From positions 1 through 64,000 of the forward strand of contig JAUCBJ010002094.1 in the NCBI GenBank assembly GCA_032718475.1: a stretch of 64,000 nt of DNA, given 5' to 3'. This document shows, piece by piece, positions 1 to 12,996 of the stretch. This DNA comes from Nemertoderma westbladi (Eukaryota; Animalia; Xenacoelomorpha). The first letter of the stretch is position 1; every line of letters starts with the position of its first letter. Below the pieces are notes generated by a model. The model did no database searches. It saw only the letters and a program-made list of their open reading frames with translations, and had not been told where the DNA came from. Position numbers and translations under genes: made by a program.

Positions 1-3000
1 ATTATAGTTTCATCGTATTGCCAAAGTGACTGGAGCTGAAGTTAACTCATAATACAATAATTCACCTCAAATATCTCAGCTATTTCATGAACATAATGAA
101 GTATTAAAGCCATGTCAAAATCCTTGGTATTTTTCTGCAATAATTTATCAAAATATCCTCTGATTTTTTTCAAAAACCATATCGATTTTCATATTTATAA
201 CTTCTATCCCACTCCACGAGATAGAGAATCTTAAATGAACGTCAAAAGAACAGGTAACACTTACATTTATAGAAGTAATCAGCTGTTATTTGCTACGTCT
301 TTCCGCTGGAGATGGATGAATTTTGATTGTGTCAGAACACCCCCTATCTGTGGCTTTCTGAGTGGAGAGATAAGTAGCCTATCTCCCTATTAATATTGTT
401 GTGTTCTAGAATATTTTTTATAGTTTCATCGTATTGCCAAAGTGACTGGAGCTGAAGTTAACTCATAATACAATAATTCACCTCAAATATCTCAGCTATT
501 TCATGAACATAATGAAGTATTAAAGCCATGTCAAAATCCTTGGTATTTTTCTGCAATAATTTATCAAAATATCCTCTGATTCTTTACTATAACCATATCG
601 ATTTTAATATTTATAACTTCTAACCCACTCCACGAGATAGAGAATCTTAAATGAAAGTCAAAAGAACAGGTAACACTTACATTTATAGCAGTAATCAGCT
701 GTTATATGCTACGTATTTCCGCTGGAGATGAATGAATTTTGATTGTGTCAGAACACCCCCCCCCTATCTATGGTTGTATGAGTGGAGAGATAAGTATCCT
801 ATCTCCATATTAATATTGTTGTGTTCTAGAATATTTATTATAGTTTCATCGTATTGCCAAAGTGACTGGAGCTGAAGTTAACTCATAATACAATAATTCA
901 CCTCAAATATCTCATCTATTTCATGAACATAATGAAGTATTAAAGCCATGTTAAAATCATTGGTGTTTTTCTGCAATAATTTATCAAAATATCCTCTGAT
1001 TTTTTTCAAAAACCATATCGATTTTCATATTTATAACTTCTATCCTACTCCACGAGATAGAGAATCTTAAATGAACGTCAAAAGAACAGGTAACACTTAC
1101 ATTTATAGAAGTAATCAGCAATTATTTGCTACGTCTTTCCGCTGGAGATGTATGAATTTTGAATGTGTCAGAACACCCCCTATCTGTGGTTGTATGAGTG
1201 GAGAGATAAGTAGCCTATCTCCCTATTAATATTGCTGTGTTCTAGAATATTTATTATTGTTTCATCGTATTGCTAAAGTGGCTGGAGCTAAAGTTATTAT
1301 GTAATGCAATAATTCACCTCAAATATCTCAGCTTTTTCATGAACATAATGAAGTATTAAAGCCATGTCAAAATCATTGGTGTTTTTCTGCAATAATTTAT
1401 CAAAATATCCTCTGATTTTTTTCAAAAACCATATCGATTTTCATATTTATAACTTCTATCCCACTCCACGAGATAGAGAATCTTAAATGAACGTCAAAAG
1501 AACAGGTAACACTTACATTTATAGAAGTAATCAGCTGTTATTTGCTACGTCTTTCCGCTGGAGATGGATGAATTTTGATTGTGTCAGAACACCCCCTATC
1601 TGTGGCTTTCTGAGTGGAGAGATAAGTAGCCTATCTCCCTATTAATATTGTTGTGTTCTAGAATATTTTTAATAGTTTCATCGTATTGCCAAAGTGACTG
1701 GAGCTGAAGTTAACTCATAATACAATAATTCACCTCAAATATCTCAGCTATTTCATGAACATAATGAAGTATTAAAACCATGTCAAAATCCTTGGTATTT
1801 TTCTGCAATAATTTATCAAAATATCCTCTGATTCTTTACTATAACCATATCGATTTTAATATTTATAACTTCTAACCCACTCCACGAGATAGAGAATCTT
1901 AAATGAAAGTCAAAAGAACAGGTAACACTTACATTTATAGCAGTAATCAGCTGTTATATGCTACGTCTTTCCGCTGGAGATGAATTAATTTTGATTGTGT
2001 CAGAACACCCCCTATCTGTGGCATTCTGAGTGGAGAGATAAGTAGCCTATCTCCCTATTAATATTGTTGTGTTCTAGAATATTTTTTATAGTTTCATCGT
2101 ATTATTGCCAAAGTGACTGGAGCTGAAGTTAACTCATAATACAATAATTCACCTCAAATATCTCAGCTATTTCATGAACATAATGAAGTATTAAAGCCAT
2201 GTTAAAATCATTGGTGTTTTTCTGCAATAATTTATCAAAATATCCTCTGATTTTTTTCAAAAACCATATCGATTTTCATATTTATAACTTCTATCCTACT
2301 CCACGAGATAGAGAATCTTAAATGAACGTCAAAAGAACAGGTAACACTTACATTTATAGAAGTAATCAGCTGTTATTTGCTACGTCTTTCCGCTGGAGAT
2401 GGATGAATTTTGATTGTGTCAGAACACCCCCTATCTGTGGCTTGTATGAGTGGAGAGATAAGTAGCCTATCTCCCTATTAATATTGTTGTGTTCTAGAAT
2501 ATTTTTTATAGTTTCATCGTATTGCCAAAGTGACTGGAGCTGAAGTTAACTCATAATACAATAATTCACCTCAAATATCTCAGCTATTTCATGAACATAA
2601 TGAAGTATTAAAGCCATGTCAAAATCATTGGTGTTTTTCTGCAATAATTTATCAAAATATCCTCTGATTTTTTTCAAAAACCATATCGATTTTCATATTT
2701 ATAACTTCTATCCCACTCCACGAGATAGAGAATCTTAAATGAACGTCAAAAGAACAGGTAACACTTACATTTATAGACAGTAATCAGCTGTTATATGCTA
2801 CGTATTTCCGCTGGAGATGAATGAATTTTGATTGTGTCAGAACACCCCCTATCTGTGGTTGTATGAGTGGAGAGATAAGTATCCTATCTCCCTATTAATA
2901 TTGTTGTGTTCTAGAATATTTTTTATAGTTTCATCGTATTGCCAAAGTGACTGGAGCTGAAGTTAACTCATAATACAATAATTCACCTCAAATATCTCAG

Positions 3001-6000
3001 CTATTTCATGAACATAATGAAGTATTAAAGCCATGTCAAAATCATTGGTGTTTTTCTGCAATAATTTATCAAAATATCCTCTGATTTTTTTCAAAAACCA
3101 TATCGATTTTCATATTTATAACTTCTATCCCACTCCACGAGATAGAGAATCTTAAATGAACGTCAAAAGAACAGGTAACACTTACATTTATAGAAGTAAT
3201 CAGCTATTATTTGCTACGTCTTTCCGCTGGAGATGTATGAATTTTGATTGTGTCAGAACACCCCCTATCTGTGGTTGTATGAGTGGAGAGATAAGTAGCC
3301 TATCTCCCTATTAATATTGCTGTGTTCTAGAATATTTATTATTGTTTCATCGTATTGCTAAAGTGGCTGGAGCTAAAGTTATTATGTAATGCAATAATTC
3401 ACCTCAAATATCTCAGCTTTTTCATGAACATAATGAAGTATTAAAGCCATGTCAAAATCATTGGTGTTTTTCTGCAATAATTTATCAAAATATCCTCTGA
3501 TTTTTTTCAAAAACCATATCGATTTTCATATTTATAACTTCTATCCCACTCCACGAGATAGAGAATCTTAAATGAACGTCAAAAGAACAGGTAACACTTA
3601 CATTTATAGAAGTAATCAGCTGTTATTTGCTACGTCTTTCCGCTGGAGATGGATGAATTTTGATTGTGTCAGAACACCCCCTATCTGTGGCTTTCTGAGT
3701 GGAGAGATAAGTAGCCTATCTCCCTATTAATATTGTTGTGTTCTAGAATATTTTTAATAGTTTCATCGTATTGCCAAAGTGACTGGAGCTGAAGTTAACT
3801 CATAATACAATAATTCACCTCAAATATCTCAGCTATTTCATGAACATAATGAAGTATTAAAGCCATGTCAAAATCATTGGTGTTTTTCTGCAATAATTTA
3901 TCAAAATATCCTCTGATTTTTTTCAAAAACCATATCGATTTTCATATTTATAACTTCTATCCCACTCCACGAGATAGAGAATCTTAAATGAACGTCAAAA
4001 GAACAGGTAACACTTACATTTATAGAAGTAATCAGCTGTTATTTGCTACGTCTTTCCGCTGGAGATGAATTAATTTTGATTGTGTCAGAACACCCCCTAC
4101 CTGTGGCATTCTGAGTGGAGAGATAAGTAGCCTATCTCCCTATTAATATTGTTGTGTTCTAGAATATTTTTTATAGTTTCATCGTATTATTGCCAAAGTG
4201 ACTGGAGCTGAAGTTAACTCATAATACAATAATTCACCTCAAATATCTCAGCTATTTCATGAACATAATGAAGTATTAAAGCCATGTCAAAATCATTGGT
4301 GTTTTTCTGCAATAATTTATCAAAATATCCTCTGATTTTTTTCAAAAACCATATCGATTTTCATATTTATAACTTCTATCCCACTCCACGAGATAGAGAA
4401 TCTTAAATGAACGTCAAAAGAACAGGTAACACTTACATTTATAGAAGTAATCAGCTGTTATTTGCTACGTCTTTCCGCTGGAGATGGATGAATTTTGATT
4501 GTGTCAGAACACCCCCTATCTGTGGCTTTCTGAGTGGAGAGATAAGTAGCCTATCTCCCTATTAATATTGTTGTGTTCTAGAATATTTTTAATAGTTTCA
4601 TCGTATTGCCGAAGTGACTGGAGCTGAAGTTAACTCATAATACAATAATTCACCTCAAATATCTCAGCTATTTCATGAACATAATGAAGTATTAAAGCCA
4701 TGTCAAAATCCTTGGTATTTTTCTGCAATAATTTATCAAAATATCCTCTGATTCTTTACTATAACCATATCGATTTTAATATTTATAACTTCTAACCCAC
4801 TCCACGAGATAGAGAATCTTAAATGAAAGTCAAAAGAACAGGTAACACTTACATTTATAGCAGTAATCAGCTGTTATATGCTACGTATTTCCGCTGGAGA
4901 TGAATTAATTTTGATTGTGTCAGAACACCCCCTACCTGTGGCATTCTGAGTGGAGAGATAAGTAGCCTATCTCCCTATTAATATTGTTGTGTTCTAGAAT
5001 ATTTTTTATAGTTTCATCGTATTATTGCCAAAGTGACTGGAGCTGAAGTTAACTCATAATACAATAATTCACCTCAAATATCTCAGCTATTTCATGAACA
5101 TAATGAAGTATTAAAGCCATGTTAAAATCATTGGTGTTTTTCTGCAATAATTTATCAAAATATCCTCTGATTTTTTTCAAAAACCATATCGATTTTCATA
5201 TTTATAACTTCTATCCTACTCCACGAGATAGAGAATCTTAAATGAACGTCAAAAGAACAGGTAACACTTACATTTATAGAAGTAATCAGCAATTATTTGC
5301 TACGTCTTTCCGCTGGAGATGTATGAATTTTGAATGTGTCATAACACCCCCTATCTGTGGTTGTATGAGTGGAGAGATAAGTAGCCTATCTCCCTATTAA
5401 TATTGCTGTGTTCTAGAATATTTATTATTGTTTCATCGTATTGCTAAAGTGGCTGGAGCTAAAGTTATTATGTAATGCAATAATTCACCTCAAATATCTC
5501 AACTTTTTCATGAACATAATGAAGTATTAAAGCCATGTCAAAATCATTGGTGTTTTTCTGCAATAATTTATCAAAATATCCTCTGATTTTTTTCAAAAAC
5601 CATATCGATTTTCATATTTATAACTTCTATCCCACTCCACGAGATAGAGAATCTTAAATGAACGTCAAAAGAACAGGTAACACTTACATTTATAGAAGTA
5701 ATCAGCTGTTATTTGCTACGTCTTTCCGCTGGAGATGGATGAATTTTGATTGTGTCAGAACACCCCCTATCTGTGGCTTTCTGAGTGGAGAGATAAGTAG
5801 CCTATCTCCCTATTAATATTGTTGTGTTCTAGAATATTTTTAATAGTTTCATCGTATTGCCAAAGTGACTGGAGCTGAAGTTAACTCATAATACAATAAT
5901 TCACCTCAAATATCTCAGCTTTTTCATGAACATAATGAAGTATTAAAGCCATGTCAAAATCATTGGTGTTTTTCTGCAATAATTTATCAAAATATCCTCT

Positions 6001-9000
6001 GATTTTTTTCAAAAACCATATCGATTTTCATATTTATAACTTCTATCCCACTCCACGAGATAGAGAATCTTAAATGAACGTCAAAAGAACAGGTAACACT
6101 TACATTTATAGAAGTAATCAGCTGTTATTTGCTACGTCTTTCCGCTGGAGATGGATGAATTTTGATTGTGTCAGAACACCCCCTATCTGTGGCTTTCTGA
6201 GTGGAGAGATAAGTAGCCTATCTCCCTATTAATATTGTTGTGTTCTAGAATATTTTTAATAGTTTCATCGTATTGCCAAAGTGACTGGAGCTGAAGTTAA
6301 CTCATAATACAATAATTCACCTCAAATATCTCAGCTATTTCATGAACATAATGAAGTATTAAAACCATGTCAAAATCCTTGGTATTTTTCTGCAATAATT
6401 TATCAAAATATCCTCTGATTCTTTACTATAACCATATCGATTTTAATATTTATAACTTCTAACCCACTCCACGAGATAGAGAATCTTAAATGAAAGTCAA
6501 AAGAACAGGTAACACTTACATTTATAGCAGTAATCAGCTGTTATATGCTACGTATTTCCGCTGGAGATGAATTAATTTTGATTGTGTCAGAACACCCCCT
6601 ATCTGTGGTTGTATGAGTGGAGAGATAAGTAGCCTATCTCCCTATTAATATTGTTGTGTTCTAGAATATTTTTTATAGTTTCATCGTATTGCCAAAGTGA
6701 CTGGAGCTGAAGTTAACTCATAATACAATAATTCACCTCAAATATCTCAGCTATTTCATGAACATAATGAAGTATTAAAGCCATGTTAAAATCATTGGTG
6801 TTTTTCTGCAATAATTTATCAAAATATCCTCTGATTTTTTTCAAAAACCATATCGATTTTCATATTTATAACTTCTATCCTACTCCACGAGATAGAGAAT
6901 CTTAAATGAACGTCAAAAGAACAGGTAACACTTACATTTATAGAAGTAATCAGCAATTATTTGCTACGTCTTTCCGCTGGAGATGTATGAATTTTGAATG
7001 TGTCAGAACACCCCCTATCTGTGGTTGTATGAGTGGAGAGATAAGTAGCCTATCTCCCTATTAATATTGCTGTGTTCTAGAATATTTATTATTGTTTCAT
7101 CGTATTGCTAAAGTGGCTGGAGCTAAAGTTATTATGTAATGCAATAATTCACCTCAAATATCTCAGCTTTTTCATGAACATAATGAAGTATTAAAGCCAT
7201 GTCAAAATCATTGGTGTTTTTCTGCAATAATTTATCAAAATATCCTCTGATTTTTTTCAAAAACCATATCGATTTTCATATTTATAACTTCTATCCCACT
7301 CCACGAGATAGAGAATCTTAAATGAACGTCAAAAGAACAGGTAACACTTACATTTATAGAAGTAATCAGCTGTTATTTGCTACGTCTTTCCGCTGGAGAT
7401 GGATGAATTTTGATTGTGTCAGAACACCCCCTATCTGTGGCTTTCTGAGTGGAGAGATAAGTAGCCTATCTCCCTATTAATATTGTTGTGTTCTAGAATA
7501 TTTTTAATAGTTTCATCGTATTGCCGAAGTGACTGGAGCTGAAGTTAACTCATAATACAATAATTCACCTCAAATATCTCAGCTATTTCATGAACATAAT
7601 GAAGTATTAAAACCATGTCAAAATCCTTGGTATTTTTCTGCAATAATTTATCAAAATATCCTCTGATTTTTTTCAAAAACCATATCGATTTTCATATTTA
7701 TAACTTCTATCCCACTCCACGAGATAGAGAATCTTAAATGAACGTCAAAAGAACAGGTAACACTTACATTTATAGAAGTAATCAGCTGTTATTTGCTACG
7801 TCTTTCCGCTGGAGATGGATGAATTTTGATTGTGTCAGAACACCCCCTATCTGTGGCTTTCTGAGTGGAGAGATAAGTAGCCTATCTCCCTATTAATATT
7901 GTTGTGTTCTAGAATATTTTTAATAGTTTCATCGTATTGCCAAAGTGACTGGAGCTGAAGTTAACTCATAATACAATAATTCACCTCAAATATCTCAGCT
8001 TTTTCATGAACATAATGAAGTATTAAAGCCATGTCAAAATCATTGGTGTTTTTCTGCAATAATTTATCAAAATATCCTCTGATTTTTTTCAAAAACCATA
8101 TCGATTTTCATATTTATAACTTCTATCCCACTCCACGAGATAGAGAATCTTAAATGAACGTCAAAAGAACAGGTAACACTTACATTTATAGAAGTAATCA
8201 GCTGTTATTTGCTACGTCTTTCCGCTGGAGATGGATGAATTTTGATTGTGTCAGAACACCCCCTATCTGTGGCTTTCTGAGTGGAGAGATAAGTAGCCTA
8301 TCTCCCTATTAATATTGTTGTGTTCTAGAATATTTTTAATAGTTTCATCGTATTGCCAAAGTGACTGGAGCTGAAGTTAACTCATAATACAATAATTCAC
8401 CTCAAATATCTCAGCTATTTCATGAACATAATGAAGTATTAAAACCATGTCAAAATCCTTGGTATTTTTCTGCAATAATTTATCAAAATATCCTCTGATT
8501 CTTTACTATAACCATATCGATTTTAATATTTATAACTTCTAACCCACTCCACGAGATAGAGAATCTTAAATGAAAGTCAAAAGAACAGGTAACACTTACA
8601 TTTATAGACAGTAATCAGCTGTTATATGCTACGTATTTCCGCTGGAGATGAATGAATTTTGATTGTGTCAGAACACCCCCTATCTATGGTTGTATGAGTG
8701 GAGAGATAAGTAGCCTATCTCCCTATTAATATTGTTGTGTTCTAGAATATTTTTTATAGTTTCATCGTATTGCCAAAGTGACTGGAGCTGAAGTTAACTC
8801 ATAATACAATAATTCACCTCAAATATCTCAGCTATTTCATGAACATAATGAAGTATTAAAGCCATGTTAAAATCATTGGTGTTTTTCTGCAATAATTTAT
8901 CAAAATATCCTCTGATTTTTTTCAAAAACCATATCGATTTTCATATTTATAACTTCTATCCTACTCCACGAGATAGAGAATCTTAAATGAACGTCAAAAG

Positions 9001-12000
9001 AACAGGTAACACTTACATTTATAGAAGTAATCAGCAATTATTTGCTACGTCTTTCCGCTGGAGATGTATGAATTTTGAATGTGTCAGAACACCCCCTATC
9101 TGTGGTTGTATGAGTGGAGAGATAAGTAGCCTATCTCCCTATTAATATTGCTGTGTTCTAGAATATTTATTATTGTTTCATCGTATTGCTAAAGTGGCTG
9201 GAGCTAAAGTTATTATGTAATGCAATAATTCACCTCAAATATCTCAGCTTTTTCATGAACATAATGAAGTATTAAAGCCATGTCAAAATCATTGGTGTTT
9301 TTCTGCAATAATTTATCAAAATATCCTCTGATTTTTTTCAAAAACCATATCGATTTTCATATTTATAACTTCTATCCCACTCCACGAGATAGAGAATCTT
9401 AAATGAACGTCAAAAGAACAGGTAACACTTACATTTATAGAAGTAATCAGCTGTTATTTGCTACGTCTTTCCGCTGGAGATGGATGAATTTTGATTGTGT
9501 CAGAACACCCCCTATCTGTGGCTTTCTGAGTGGAGAGATAAGTAGCCTATCTCCCTATTAATATTGTTGTGTTCTAGAATATTTTTTATAGTTTCATCGT
9601 ATTGCCAAAGTGACTGGAGCTGAAGTTAACTCATAATACAATAATTCACCTCAAATATCTCAGCTATTTCATGAACATAATGAAGTATTAAAGCCATGTC
9701 AAAATCATTGGTGTTTTTCTGCAATAATTTATCAAAATATCCTCTGATTTTTTTCAAAAACCATATCGATTTTCATATTTATAACTTCTATCCCACTCCA
9801 CGAGATAGAGAATCTTAAATGAACGTCAAAAGAACAGGTAACACTTACATTTATAGAAGTAATCAGCTGTTATTTGCTACGTCTTTCCGCTGGAGATGAA
9901 TGAATTTTGATTGTGTCAGAACACCCCCTATCTGTGGCTTTATGAGTGGAGAGATAAGTATCCTATCTCCCTATTAATATTGTTGTGTTCTAGAATATTT
10001 TTTATAGTTTCATCGTATTGCCAAAGTGACTGGAGCTGAAGTTAACTCATAATACAATAATTCACCTCAAATATCTCAGCTATTTCATGAACATAATGAA
10101 GTATTAAAGCCATGTTAAAATCATTGGTGTTTTTCTGCAATAATTTATCAAAATATCCTCTGATTTTTTTCAAAAACCATATCGATTTTCATATTTATAA
10201 CTTCTATCCTACTCCACGAGATAGAGAATCTTAAATGAACGTCAAAAGAACAGGTAACACTTACATTTATAGAAGTAATCAGCAATTATTTGCTACGTCT
10301 TTCCGCTGGAGATGTATGAATTTTGAATGTGTCAGAACACCCCCTATCTGTGGTTGTACGAGTGGAGAGATAAGTAGCCTATCTCCCTATTAATATTGCT
10401 GTGTTCTAGAATATTTATTATTGTTTCATCGTATTGCTAAAGTGGCTGGAGCTAAAGTTATTATGTAATGCAATAATTCACCTCAAATATCTCAGCTTTT
10501 TCATGAACATAATGAAGTATTAAAGCCATGTCAAAATCATTGGTGTTTTTCTGCAATAATTTATCAAAATATCCTCTGATTTTTTTCAAAAACCATATCG
10601 ATTTTCATATTTATAACTTCTATCCCACTCCACGAGATAGAGAATCTTAAATGAACGTCAAAAGAACAGGTAACACTTACATTTATAGAAGTAATCAGCT
10701 GTTATTTGCTACGTCTTTCTGCTGGAGATGGATGAATTTTGATTGTGTCAGAACACCCCCTATCTGTGGCTTTCTGAGTGGAGAGATAAGTAGCCTATCT
10801 CCCTATTAATATTGTTGTGTTCTAGAATATTTTTTATAGTTTCATCGTATTATTGACAAAGTGACTGGAGCTGAAGTTAACTCATAATACAATAATTCAC
10901 CTCAAATATCTCAGCTATTTCATGAACATAATGAAGTATTAAAGCCATGTCAAAATCCTTGGTATTTTTCTGCAATAATTTATCAAAATATCCTCTGATT
11001 CTTTACTATAACCATATCGATTTTCATATTTATAACTTCTATCCTACTCCACGAGATAGAGAATCTTAAATGAACGTCAAAAGAACAGGTAACACTTACA
11101 TTTATAGAAGTAATCAGCAATTATTTGCTACGTCTTTCCGCTGGAGATGTATGAATTTTGAATGTGTCAGAACACCCCCTATCTGTGGTTGTATGAGTGG
11201 AGAGATAAGTAGCCTATCTCCCTATTAATATTGCTGTGTTCTAGAATATTTATTATTGTTTCATCGTATTGCTAAAGTGGCTGGAGCTAAAGTTATTATG
11301 TAATGCAATAATTCACCTCAAATATCTCAGCTTTTTCATGAACATAATGAAGTATTAAAGCCATGTCAAAATCATTGGTGTTTTTCTGCAATAATTTATC
11401 AAAATATCCTCTGATTTTTTTCAAAAACCATATCGATTTTCATATTTATAACTTCTATCCCACTCCACGAGATAGAGAATCTTAAATGAACGTCAAAAGA
11501 ACAGGTAACACTTACATTTATAGAAGTAATCAGCTGTTATTTGCTACGTCTTTCCGCTGGAGATGTATGAATTTTGAATGTGTCAGAACACCCCCTATCT
11601 GTGGTTGTATGAGTGGAGAGATAAGTAGCCTATCTCCCTATTAATATTGCTGTGTTCTAGAATATTTATTATTGTTTCATCGTATTGCTAAAGTGGCTGG
11701 AGCTAAAGTTATTATGTAATGCAATAATTCACCTCAAATATCTCAGCTTTTTCATGAACATAATGAAGTATTAAAGCCATGTCAAAATCATTGGTGTTTT
11801 TCTGCAATAATTTATCAAAATATCCTCTGATTTTTTTCAAAAACCATATCGATTTTCATATTTATAACTTCTATCCCACTCCACGAGATAGAGAATCTTA
11901 AATGAACGTCAAAAGAACAGGTAACACTTACATTTATAGAAGTAATCAGCTGTTATTTGCTACGTCTTTCTGCTGGAGATGGATGAATTTTGATTGTGTC

Positions 12001-12523
12001 AGAACACCCCCTATCTGTGGCTTTCTGAGTGGAGAGATAAGTAGCCTATCTCCCTATTAATATTGTTGTGTTCTAGAATATTTTTTATAGTTTCATCGTA
12101 TTATTGACAAAGTGACTGGAGCTGAAGTTAACTCATAATACAATAATTCACCTCAAATATCTCAGCTATTTCATGAACATAATGAAGTATTAAAGCCATG
12201 TCAAAATCCTTGGTATTTTTCTGCAATAATTTATCAAAATATCCTCTGATTTTTTTCAAAAACCATATCGATTTTCTATATTTATAACTTCTATCCCACT
12301 CCACGAGATAGAGAATCTTAAATGAACGTCAAAAGAACAGGTAACACTTACATTTATAGAAGTAATCAGCTGTTATTTGCTACGTATTTCCGCTGGAGAT
12401 GAATGAATTTTGATTGTGTCAGAACACCCCCTATCTATGGTTGTATGAGTGGAGAGATAAGTATCCTATCTCCATATTGTTGTGTTCTAGAATATTTTTT
12501 ATAGTTTCATCGTATTGCCAAAG
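1..12523 (+). repeat. 416-bp tandem satellite array, left arm (~30 monomers), forward orientation
   Basis: The same unit recurs with a 416-bp period (TAGTTTCATCGTATTG at 5 and 421; TTCATCGTAT at 845 and 1261), with occasional small indels. It ends at ...CGTATTGCCAAAG at 12523. Confidence 0.98.
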
Positions 12524-12544
12524 AAGATAACTTCGATAACTAGG

Positions 12545-12996
12545 TCGAGAAGATAACTTTTAATAAGTGCAACAGCATTCGATTGGAATCCAATTTCTAT
12601 TAATTTATCTAGGAGAATGTCGTGCTGGAGGGAGTTGAAAGCTTTAGAGAGATCTAGTACTCCAATAGCAATATATTTTTTTTCGTTAAGTTCGCGTTTC
12701 CAAGACTCGGTTGCAAATAAAACGGCGTCTGCTGTAGAATACCCTTTTCTGAAACCAAATTGCTTACTTTGTAGTATTTTATTGTTGTGTAGATATTTTG
12801 TAATTTGGTGATATATGACTGTTTCAATTATTTTTTCGAATGTTGATGTGACAGAAATAGGTCTATAATTAGATGGTTCATCTCGAGACCCTTTTTTGAA
12901 TACCGGAGTAATAAAGGTTGATTTTCGCCGAGAAGGAAAAGTGCTTGACGTTAGGCATAAGTTTGTGATGTGAGTTAGTGGTATGGTAATATACGG
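12545..12996 (-). pseudogene. N-terminal part of the RT domain of the CR1/L2-group LINE (not in the ORF track)
   Basis: Manual translation reads PYITIPLTHITNLCLTSSTFPSRRKSTFITPVFKKGSRDEPSNYRPISVTSTFEKIIE...QFGFRKGYSTADAV...IGVLDLSKAFNSLQHDILLDKL...KSYLLD. It continues the frame that stops at ...LIKLIAPYIT (14981). Confidence 0.9.

Noticed and set aside
1-416. Monomer as an ancient dimer of ~208 bp
   Set aside because: Only short matches were found (e.g. TCAGCT at offset ~203), with no extended self-similarity visible by eye.
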